From Octopus bimaculoides (Eukaryota): DNA of 32,622 nucleotides. The translations under genes were made by a program, and so were the position numbers. Below are positions 11,286 to 21,899 of this stretch, piece after piece; positions within the stretch are counted from its first letter, which is position 1, and every line of letters starts with the position of its first letter. The stretch is from positions 33,628,955 to 33,661,576 of the forward strand of contig NC_068991.1 in NCBI RefSeq assembly GCF_001194135.2, given 5' to 3'. The notes under the pieces are model-generated. The model was not told the DNA's origin. It searched no databases and was given only the letters and a program-made list of their open reading frames with translations.

Positions 11286-12698
11286 TTGAAAATATGTGGA
11301 AAACATATAAAAAGTGGAAGAGAAATGCCTTTGTTTCCCATAGTTTGATATCTTTTTATAAAGAAATTTTTTTTTTAATATATGCATATTTTATGGATAT
11401 CATAATATCCATTAGCTTTTCAAGTGACATTGTGAAATAATCAATTCTTGTGACAAAGGGGTCTCGCCATTTTGGATGCTTGAAAAATAAGAATGAGTCT
11501 AGAGAGTGGACCAAGGGAGGTAACAGGTGGCAAAGGGGGCAACTCCTCAGTATAATTTTTGAAGTGGTCAAGTTTGTATATTAAGGTGTAGACTGTACTT
11601 TTGTATGAACAGGTTTTCTTTGTTTAGGCATTCTTGTAAGGAGATTGAATCTTTGCATTGGTATAATGGAAAGATATGGAAATTCAGCATTTTATTTCTT
11701 GCGCATCTGTTGATATGTTCTTGGCTCGTTTAATTCCTAGCCAAGAAATTGGACACAAACACACTAAGGAGAACAAAACAAAACACCACACCTCACTTTA
11801 AATCACTCCCATACATATCAACCCACAACCCCAGATACAATGAAGCATACAATACAATTATACAAAATCTCCCTCTGCTCACTCAAGACCCAAAAATGAA
11901 CAACATCCTAAATACACAAACTCCTCAAATGCAAAAGACAACACAAATCACTCAAGAGACTCCTAACAAATGCAAAACTATACTCAATACATACGATACC
12001 AACAGTTAAAAAATGCAGATGACCTAATTGTGGTATATGCTCATACCTAACTGAAGGCTCACATTCCAGCAAGGAGAAAAATTCTCAATTAAGACCAATT
12101 TCACATGAGCTACCCAGAACCTTATCTATGTCCTAACCTGCTCAGGTTGTGGCTACAATTATGAGCCTTACTTTGAGATGCAGAGTCATGTTGCATAAAG
12201 AACAGATTCCTTTTCCTCAATACAGGCAGATAGCCCTGAACGAACATATCGACAGATGCGCAAGAAATTAAACGCCGAATTTCTTTATCTTTCCATTATA
12301 CCAATGCAAAGATCCAGTCTCTTTACAAAAATGCCTAAACAACAAAAACCTGTTCATACAAAAGTACAGACCACACCTTAATATATAAACTTGACCACTT
12401 CAAAAATTATACTGAGGAGTTAGTTGTCCCCCTTGCCACCTGTTACCTCCCTTCGTCCACTCTCTAGACTCATTCTTATTTTTCAAGCATCCAAAATGGT
12501 GAGACCCCTTTGTCACAAGAATTGATCATTTCACAATGTCCCTTGAAAAGCTAATTTAAATAATGAAAACCAGTTGGATATCGTGACATCCATAAAATAT
12601 GTATTTTTTTAAAAATTTCTTTATAAAAAAATATTAAACTATGTGAAACAAAGGCATTTTTCTTCCACTTTTTATATGTTTTCCACAAATTTTTCAAC
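11285..12698 (+). mobile_element. 5'-truncated Penelope-like element B (thumb/linker + GIY-YIG), with an inverted copy of its 3' end
   Basis: Plus-strand LPYISTHNPR..., Cys linker KKCR*PNCGICSYL, and HIDRCARN..PLYQC..FIQKYRPHLNI across frameshifts. Arms 11285-11720 and 12242-12698 are reverse complements. Confidence 0.88.
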
Positions 12699-12772
12699 TC
12701 ATAATTTTGCCACGTGGTGTATACTGAATTCCCAGTATTTTTGTTCTTTTTATATATTTTTATATTTCTTAT

Positions 12773-13496
12773 NNNNNNNNNNNNNNNNNNNNNNNNNNNN
12801 NNNNNNNNNNNNNNNNNNNNNNNNNNNNNNNNNNNNNNNNNNNNNNNNNNNNNNNNNNNNNNNNNNNNNNNNNNNNNNNNNNNNNNNNNNNNNNNNNNNN
12901 NNNNNNNNNNNNNNNNNNNNNNNNNNNNNNNNNNNNNNNNNNNNNNNNNNNNNNNNNNNNNNNNNNNNNNNNNNNNNNNNNNNNNNNNNNNNNNNNNNNN
13001 NNNNNNNNNNNNNNNNNNNNNNNNNNNNNNNNNNNNNNNNNNNNNNNNNNNNNNNNNNNNNNNNNNNNNNNNNNNNNNNNNNNNNNNNNNNNNNNNNNNN
13101 NNNNNNNNNNNNNNNNNNNNNNNNNNNNNNNNNNNNNNNNNNNNNNNNNNNNNNNNNNNNNNNNNNNNNNNNNNNNNNNNNNNNNNNNNNNNNNNNNNNN
13201 NNNNNNNNNNNNNNNNNNNNNNNNNNNNNNNNNNNNNNNNNNNNNNNNNNNNNNNNNNNNNNNNNNNNNNNNNNNNNNNNNNNNNNNNNNNNNNNNNNNN
13301 NNNNNNNNNNNNNNNNNNNNNNNNNNNNNNNNNNNNNNNNNNNNNNNNNNNNNNNNNNNNNNNNNNNNNNNNNNNNNNNNNNNNNNNNNNNNNNNNNNNN
13401 NNNNNNNNNNNNNNNNNNNNNNNNNNNNNNNNNNNNNNNNNNNNNNNNNNNNNNNNNNNNNNNNNNNNNNNNNNNNNNNNNNNNNNNNNNNNNNNN
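12773..13496. other. Assembly gap (724 N)
   Basis: Run of N; the X-filled ORFs spanning it are artefacts. Confidence 1.
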
Positions 13497-16090
13497 ATTC
13501 GATTTCGATTTAATTTTCACTTGCCTCAACATGTCTTCGCAAGTGGAGTTTAGTGTCCAATGAAGGAAGGTACGCATAAGTGGACTGGCTGAGGCCTTAG
13601 ATTTAGGTCTCACTTGGCTTGCCAGGTCTTCTCACGCACAGCATATTTCCAGAGGTCTCGGTCAGAAGCCATCGCCTCGGTGAGGCCCAATGTTCGAAGG
13701 TCGTGCCTCACAACCTCATCCCAGGGCTTCCTGGGCCTACCTCTTCTACAGGTTCCCTCAACTGCTAGGGTGTGGCACTTTTTCACACAGCTATCCTCAT
13801 CCATTCTCGCTATATGACCATACCAGCGCAATCGTCTCTCTTGCACACCACAACTGATGCTTCGTNNNNNNNNNNTCAGAGCATACTGGCGTCATTCCTT
13901 GCGAGCCTATGCATGTCCTCAGCAGTCACAGCCCATGTTTCACTGCCATGAAGCATGGCTGTTCATACACATGGGTCATACAGTCTGCCTTTTACTCTGA
14001 GTGAGAGGCCCCTTGTCACCAGCAGAGGTAAGAACTCTCTGAACTTTGCCCAGGCTATTCTTATTCTAGCAGCTACACTTTCAATTCACCCTCCCCCACT
14101 ACTTACTTGGTCACCTAGATAGCGGAAGCTATCAACTACGTCTAGTTTTTCTCCCTGGAATGTGGCAGAAGTTGTTTTCTGCACATTTACAGTGTTTATA
14201 GCTCCTGAACATCTGCTACATACAAAAACTAACTTCCTAGTTAACTTTCTTTTGATATTGCTGCATCTCTTATGTGTCCATAGCTTGCACTGAGTGCATC
14301 TTATAGAGTTTCTACCTACGATTTTTCTACAGATCGAGCAGGGCCATCTACCTGAAGGGGTTTGTATTTTGTCTACCTTCCTACTTATTAGGACTTTTAG
14401 CTAGGTTGACTCTAAAGCCCTTCGATTCTAGTCCTTACTTCCACACCTGAAACTTCTCTAGTTCTGATAGTGACTCAGCAATTAGAGCAAGGTCATCAGC
14501 ATAGAGGAACTCCCAGGGGCATCCTGTCTTGAATTCCTCTGTTATCGCCTGGAGGACTATGATAAATAGGCTGAGGACAGAACCATTGTGGACCCCTACC
14601 TCTACCCGGAATTCTTCACTCTACTCGTTGCCAACCCTCACCTTACTGACAGCATCTCTGTACATGGCTCGCACAGCTCTCACTAACCATTCTTCTATCA
14701 CTAGTTTCCTCATTGACCACCAGATAAGGGATCGGGGGACCCTGTCAAAGGCTTTCTCCATGTCAACGAAAGCCAGGTACAGAGGTTTATCTTTGGCTAG
14801 GTATTTCTCCTGCAGCTGTCTTACCAGAAATATAGCATCAGTGGTGCTTTTCCCTGGCACAAACCCAAATTGCATCTCATCTAAACTGACTCGGTCCCTA
14901 ATTAGTTGGGCTATGACCCTCTCCTTGACTTTCATTACCTGATCTAACAACTTGATGCCTCTGTAATTATTTGTATCTAAAGCATCACCTTTACCTTTGT
15001 AGCAGTTGACTATGGTGCTGCTACACCAGTCATTGGGTATGACTCCTTTGTGTACCACCTCGTTAACAATATGGGTAACTTGGCTATAGCCGACACTGCC
15101 AGATATTTTGAGCATCTCTGTAGTGATTCCTGAAGGGCTGGGGTCTTTTCCTGTCTTCATACTCTTAATAGCTTGAGCAACCTTTCATAGTGGCGTCTCC
15201 ATACCTCTTTCTTTGTAGCCTCATTTAGTGGAAGTGTACCATCATCCATGCGAACACATTTCTCTCCCACAACATCACAATTCTCTCTCACACACTGTCT
15301 TTCAACACGAAATACCTCAAGTCTTTGGTCCTCATGGCGCAGAACATTGGCAAATTTTTTTCTTATCTGCTTCCCCTCTGGTTAAATAAACCTGTCGCTT
15401 AGCTTCCCTTCTGGCAGTCTGATACAATTCCTTGCTACCACCATTCTTCCATTCCTTCCAAGCCTGTTTCTTTAGTCTAATAGCCCTGTCAATAACATTG
15501 TACCACCACCACGTTATTTTGGGTCAAGAGGGGACTTTGCACCATCCACAGATCTGGTCAGTGGCCCTCAGCAGGTTGTCCCGTAGAAATGTCCAGTTGT
15601 CTTCTACATCGTGTGAAACTACTTCCCCTTCTATTTCGTCAAAGGCCTCAAGTAATAAGTCTCTAAATCTCCGTCCATTCACAGGATCTTTGAGCTTCCA
15701 GACCCTCCAAGCTGGTTGTCTCCTGGTCAACCACTTGGCCCTAATCCTGAAGTCACTAACTACTAGTCTATGTTGTAGAGTGCATTCTTCGCCAGGGAAG
15801 GTTTTGGCATTTATAAGCAGCCATCTTGCCCTTTTTCTGGTGAGGGTGTAGTCAATTTGGCTAGAGTGTCTTGCAGAACGGTAGGTGACTGGCAGGTTTC
15901 CTGAAATTAGTATTGCAAACCATAAGGTCATTTGCATCACAGAACTCCAGCAGCCTGGTTCCCTCCTCATTGCGGAAACCAAAACCATAGCCTCCATGTA
16001 CGCCATAGAAGCCCCCTGCATGTTGTCCAACATGACCATTGAAGTCACCAGCCACAAAGAGAAGGTCCCTGTCATACGTCAACGAGGTTG
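13497..16090 (-). mobile_element. RTE LINE, about 2.6 kb (EN C-terminal part, RT, C-terminus, start of 3' UTR), degenerate
   Basis: DLLFVAGDFNGHVG and SQIDYTL (APE); QFGFVPGKSTTDAIFLVRQLQEKY..LAFVDMEKAFDRVPR; PWEFLYADDL; YLGD; C-terminal WYGHIARMDEDSCVKKC. Frameshifts and an internal deletion near 15180. Confidence 0.95.
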
Positions 16091-16319
16091 CGACATCCCC
16101 TTATGAAAGGTAGACTGGTCTGAGTAAAGCATAAATAGTAACGACTTGTGTGAGTTCAGAGTTGAGTGAAGTTTGTGTTAGTTCTCAGTGAAGTCGGAAG
16201 GTGTCGGCTGGTTAGTTCACAAAGAATATTGATTGTTGGTTCATAAAGAGATTTGTTAGTTCATTACATTGTTTTTACTGTTGTCTGGTTATCTTATTTA
16301 TTGTACATAACAAATTACA

Positions 16320-16880
16320 ACAAGAATTTAAGAAGTTGTTTCTTGCATCTTTCTATTTCTACGTTGCTACTTTTTGTATAGTGAACAATGCGTCATTCTC
16401 TATATAATCCTCCCCCTATGTTCGGATGCCAAGATTCTATTTGCAATAATAGGTGTATACTAAATCTGTGACTTGTGTGGAGTCACTAGACCCCATTGTT
16501 ATGTCAAATGAGCCAACCCTGTCCAATCAACTACATAGCTTACCTCCATATTCTATTATAGTGCTCCTAGCAGCTAAAATTATATTTATTTCTTCCCTAG
16601 TTAGGTCTGAGTTGGTTTTAGTGAATATTAGTGCCTTGTTTAGTAGAACTGGGTTTATGGACTGGTGGTAGTTCAATATGTTTAACTGCACACATTTGGT
16701 CTTGTTTTTTTTCCCCAGCCTTTTAAACCATGTGATAACTTCATTTGTGTTTAACCACAATTTGAGATTGTTTACACATTTTAATTTAGGTATCATTCCA
16801 TCTATTATTGCTTTGCTAATTTTACCTATATCTGACTTAGATGGTCTTACTGTTTGATGTTGGTATTTCAGGGACAACAA
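16320..16880 (-). mobile_element. Penelope-like RT fragment of a second lineage
   Basis: VRPSKSDIGKISKAII...WLNTNEVITWF...VQLNILNYHQSI..LLNKAL...SFDITMGSSDSTQVTDLV, which resembles PLE RTs with the PSKSxIG and FDxTMGS motifs. Confidence 0.75.
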
Positions 16881-16989
16881 CTTGGAAAATGCCACATGGT
16901 GAATGCAGTCAATTTCCTGTTCACCATGTTTTGACATAAAAAAAAGAAACAAAACAAAAACAAAAAGCACAGATATGTTAATATACTTA

Positions 16990-18589
16990 CAACATACCTT
17001 GATCACTTTTCATGAAGTTCTTGGGTGCAGTCTACTTTGTACTCTCTCAGGCTGTGGAAGCAGGGGTATGGGCAGAGTGCCACATTACATTTTCTGCAAA
17101 CAAACTGGGTTTGATGTTTTTCTCTCTGTTTGAACAAGCAACACAATCTGGGCAAGATGGCCTGCCAGATTTTAGGTGCTTGGGGTTAATAATAAGGTGT
17201 TCTGTTAACACCAGTCTCTCTGGGTGAGGGGCTTCTGATTTTTTCCCTCACCTGTGAGATGCACCTGACTGGTAGCCTTCCAGCAGAGGATGTACAATTT
17301 TGAGCCTGAACTTTTCAGCATTGACCTGGTGAGCTGACTTGGCTTTCCAGATGACAAGGGCATTACAGAAACATATTTCAAAGAGGTAGAAGAAAACGTT
17401 CTTCTACCATCTGCACTATCATCCCCATGTGATGATAGTAGGACTGCACAGCACAAGGTATGTACAACAATCCTGGTATGATCTTCATGACGCTTTGATT
17501 GATCTTCTTTTCTGAAGGTCTGAGAAGAATAGGCAGTTGTCAGAAGGTTCACAGGTCTTTTGTCATACCTGGAAGTGTACAAAATGTGTCCATCTCTGTA
17601 TAATGGAGCATTGCCTGCTTGGAGTTTTGTTGCTTTGATTTCATCAGGCATACTTGACAGTTTACACATAGTGTGGCACATGCCCCTGTTCCATTTTGCA
17701 CTAGATCCTGGAACAATGTAGATGATGAAATAAAATTGTCCATATAAATGACATGGCCCTTATTTTGTACATTCTCTGACAGGGAGAAAACCACTTTATG
17801 TTCAACACCAACTGCTCTTAGTACCTGTACCTGGGTTGTTTCTGAGCCCAAGTACAGCCGCCAGTTGTACATGTACCTGGTTTTTGCATCAGCCATCCCC
17901 CAGCTTTCAGGCTCCACTTGGTTGATTTTGTTGGCATGTAGATCAGTAGATCTATTCTTCCTTTGAAAGAAATCATACTTTCATCCACTGAACATTCCTT
18001 TCCACAGTAAAAGTATTTTTGCTGAAGTGGCACAAGCTTTTCAAAAAGTGGTTGGATTTTGTGAGCCCTATCATGCTCAGGATGATTCCTTGGTTTTGTT
18101 TTGGAGTTGCTCAAAGGATGTATTTTCCTTAAAATCAACCAGTTATAGATGATAGTATCCACTTGGTACATCATTTTTAATATCATTGTAAATACATTCT
18201 ATATCCTCATCATCACCTTGAATCATTTCGCCATTGATATCTGAGTAAATCCTTCAAAATTGCCATCTGAGTCAGAATCAAAGATTTCTTGCAGAAAAGG
18301 TTCATCAAATGAAAGAGTGGCAATTTTTGTTTAGTAAAAATTAAAAATCGGTAATTGATTTCAAAACTTGTGTACCTTGTGGCAAGAAGATAAACAATGA
18401 AAATGGTGTCTCAAAATGGAAGTTTAGCCTCATTCTGAATCAAAAGTATGCTGTTTCCAGCTTAAAGTACCGGAAATAGACTTTACAAAGTGTTTATTTT
18501 AAGCATCCCTCTCAAGGCAACAAAATGTGCCTGCAACTACAGAGGAGAAAATTTGTGGACAACAAATTGTGACAGCAACATGGAGAAGG
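16990..18589 (-). mobile_element. Decayed piggyBac transposon (PGBD4-like transposase)
   Basis: Acidic N-terminus IFDSDSDGNFEGF; HKIQPLFE...SVDESMISFKGR...YMPTKSTKW; GHVIYMDNF; C-terminal Cys-rich domain DCVACSNRE..VCRKCNVALCPYPCF. One end reads TTAA|CCTTCTCCATG (TTAA at 18590-18593). Confidence 0.88.
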
Positions 18590-19426
18590 TTAATATATAC
18601 AATGTATAGGTTTTGGACAGTTAGACAACATCATTTTTGTCCTTAGTAACTGTTATTTCCTATTTACTTACTTCTAGAATGTATGAAGAATGGCTAATAT
18701 TTCCTTCAAACTTTGTTTTGGTTATATTTATTCAAACCCCAAAGACTCCCTCTCAACACATGGCCATGATGCTTCCCCACTACTCCTGCTCATGATCAGA
18801 GATGCACATATTGTCAGTCACATCCTCAAGTGGTTACAGCCAAGTAACTGACAAGCAAATTTATGATATTGAGCAGAATATTTGCTATAATGATATTTCT
18901 GCTTCAACAATTCCGTGTTCAGTTTGTCTGAAATGTAATGAAAAATAGGTCAGTTTCAAGACATTGATGTCCAGGTCACAAAAGCAATGTTTGAAGGGAA
19001 CAGTAGTTGTTTCCTTTGATTTCTAGATTGAAGCAAACAGGAAATAACACTTATTGACAAAAGACAAAAAAAGAAAAAGATTTGTTACACATTTATTAAA
19101 TTGATTGATTAATTGGGACAAAAAGCTGAAAGTTAAGGCTACAAACATTGTAAATGTTTTTTAGTTTACAAAACATGCGCTCTTTATTATTCTTGTCTAG
19201 GAACTAAACAAAACCCCTAATCTAAATTACTTAAAACTTCGCACTTCAAAATAGTCCATAATTTTCTACACTTGTACACTGTTCATTTATCTATGTATGC
19301 AATTGTTTTTGTTCACCATTTATATATATGTATAATTTTTTTTGTATGTTTCTTGCTGTTCTTATACAGTAGATTATTATATGGATAGAATCAATGGCTT
19401 TCATATTTATGTTTGATTTGTTATAG

Positions 19427-19506
19427 ATGATCTCTATGAAAAGTATGTTTTTCTGGAGAGACTTTTCAGCAGAGAGTTTATCTTCCTTCCAGGAAACACT
19501 AAACAG
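19427..19506 (+). CDS. GNPAT: GNPAT-like coding exon (phase 1-0, 80 nt)
   Basis: ttgttatag|AT...CAG|gtagag. Encodes (D)DLYEKYVFLERLFSREFIFLPGNTKQ, matching the GNPAT motif recalled as DVY..FRFLRDVFADEFIFLPGNT. Confidence 0.9.
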
Positions 19507-20177
19507 GTAGAGTGCCTCAGTTTGGTTTTGGCATGATTTTGTTTTCAACTTGAACTCTTTTTTTTATATATTAAAACTAGTCTTTATTCTTATTAATGTT
19601 TGTTAAATGATACTTTTATACATATTATTAAATGGTTTATCATCCATAACATCTGCTACTTTACAATATTTGTTAAGGTTATCTGAATTAATAGAACTTC
19701 ACAATTTAGATATATTTTGCCAAACTTTACAGATGTAATAAGAAGGTTGTAAGTACTATTACTACTTCTGATAATTATTCAAAACTGAAAATACATTCTA
19801 GTGGTTCTTTGCATTTTGTCGATATAACCAAACCTGTTCTTAAATCATTCCTATGTAATTCTAATGTAACTTATGTGAATACATTTTTAGAATAAAATTA
19901 AAATTTTCATTTTAATGCTGGATAAACTATGAAAGAATTGTTAAAAAGCTTACATTTTCTTTCTTTAACAATGTCTGTATGAATTTACAAATCCACCCAG
20001 AGATGAGAATTAAAATGTGAGAACCCAGTGCACTGTCATGTTTTAAAATATAACATATGTTATAAAGAATACTTTGATAGAATGCTAATGTTTGTCCCTA
20101 GGCAATAAGATTTTGAATGTTGCCTTACTTGCAATAACAGTTTCTACATTTATCTTAAATCTCCGAGATCCTAAATA

Positions 20178-21334
20178 CAGGGTGCATCAGTTTTTTGAAG
20201 TCATTTGTATGAATTTAAGAAAAAGAAAAGCTATATTTGAAAACAAATTGGTACAAATAACTTGAGAATCCTTTTATCACACCTACTCAATGAATCTACC
20301 ATTGCATCAATGGCTGCTTCAAATTGGGGATCAAAAGCATTGACCAGCCTGAATCAGATGATATCAATTCTGGGCATAGTCCTGTTTATGGCAGGCTTGA
20401 GAGATTGTATGGTATCATGGGAGTGTTGTTTGACCTCTCTCTCAGCTCTACTCCATACGTAATAGTTAAGTGGATTGAGGTCTAGTGAGCTAGGAGGTCA
20501 TGTGTTTTGGAGTACGTGGTTGTGAAGATTGGAACACATCCACACTTGGATTGCCCTAGCCTTATGAGATGGTGCAGAATCTTGTCTATCCAGGCTCTCA
20601 CAACTTTCTACAACACTTCTGTGTAGACCAGCATTGACTCTTAAGCACTGTGAAAAAAAGGAAGGTGGCATAACATTTCCATCATTACTGATGGCTCTCA
20701 GAATCATCACAGTTGCTGGGAACTTAGTATGCATGACTGTTGGAACCTCATTTGGGTCTGCATAACCATGTCATTCCTTTGGTTTACCTTTTGATCCTGT
20801 TCAAAGTTCTCTTCAGAGAAAAACCAAAGCATTCCAGCTTGTTGGTGTTTTAACTTGTTTAGCAAGTGCTTTGCATGGATTGAATGATTCTCTCTTGTCA
20901 TATCCAATATGACCCCTCCGCATCACATACAACTTGTACCAGATGTCCTCATGTACAACTCTTCTGATGGTGCATTCTGAAACCTTGAGATCCTTTGCAA
21001 TGGTTCTGATTGACTTTCTGGGGTTTTAATCACTTATTTCTTGGACTTTTTGCATGTATTATGTGTTCTAATGATACTAGGATCCTGTGCATGCATTTTG
21101 CATTTAACTGCTGATGTTTGATTTCCATCAGCAGCTTCCAGCTCATTTCAAACTTTGACAACTCAGAATCAAGCAACTTTCAAGAAACATGCTATCTCTG
21201 TATTACTAAGCTGTGCTTTTAAGGCATTCCTTTTCATTTGCTGACATTATTTATCTGAAAATAAGGTAAAAAAATAAGTTAGAAGATATTTAGAGCTCTT
21301 AAAAAAGGTGTTCTCAAAAAACTGATGCAGTCTG
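20178..21334 (-). mobile_element. Second DD37D (maT) Tc1/mariner element with both TIRs and TA target duplication
   Basis: TA|CAGGGTGCATCAGTTTTTTGA ... TCAAAAAACTGATGCAGTCTG|TA. Relic QDSAPSHKA...NT*PPSSLDLNPLNYYVW has 37-aa spacing with the last D read as N. Confidence 0.92.
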
Positions 21335-21493
21335 TATAATAAGGCTTTAAATAGATGTACATTCAAGTGTCAGGTTTGAAGTACATAAATTTTTTGTTTT
21401 CATTGATGTTTTTGTGAGTTTATTTTTGTTTGTTGCTTTCACTAGATTTTAATTATCTTATTAAAAACACACAATTTCCTTTTTCTCTCTCAG

Positions 21494-21634
21494 GATTTTG
21501 AACAAGCCCTATTAGTTTTAGCCCATACTTGTGGAGTCGTACTACAAGATGAAGTTGTATTGATTAAACCATCAACCAATAAATATACAGTATTCTTTAG
21601 CCATATGTTTGAACCATTTCTGATGGGATATTGG
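21494..21634 (+). CDS. GNPAT: GNPAT-like coding exon (phase 0-0, 141 nt)
   Basis: ttttctctctcag|GAT...TGG|gtaagt. Encodes DFEQALLVLAHTCGVVLQDEVVLIKPSTNKYTVFFSHMFEPFLMGYW, collinear with GNPAT DFEEGCYLL...LFKPFVESY. Confidence 0.9.
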
Positions 21635-21899
21635 GTAAGTATTGTGTTGAAGAAAAAAGAATTCTTTTTCAATGAAATGATTATTTTACAATAATTCATA
21701 GGGAGCATGCAGAACTGAGAATCTAAACAATAATGCATCTGTCCATTCTTAATACATTCTGGCAGATTTGGATGTAAATATCTAATTGCTGTTGTTTTTT
21801 TTTTTTTTTTTTTGTCATCAGAGAATACCTCCTCCCTTTAGATGATGTCTTTATAACACAAGCAATATACCGGTGTAAGGAGATGTAAAGTGCACAAAT

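Noticed and set aside
12643-13613. Longest ORFs in the track (279-306 aa)
   Set aside because: Almost entirely X from the 724-N gap.
18679-18698. Candidate phase-1 acceptor ttctag|aatgtatgaag for the exon following 3691
   Set aside because: Hits a stop within a few codons; 19427 gives the homologous sequence.
18745-18900. Possible SINE-like interspersed repeat
   Set aside because: Single copy here with no clear A/B boxes; cannot be supported from the window alone.
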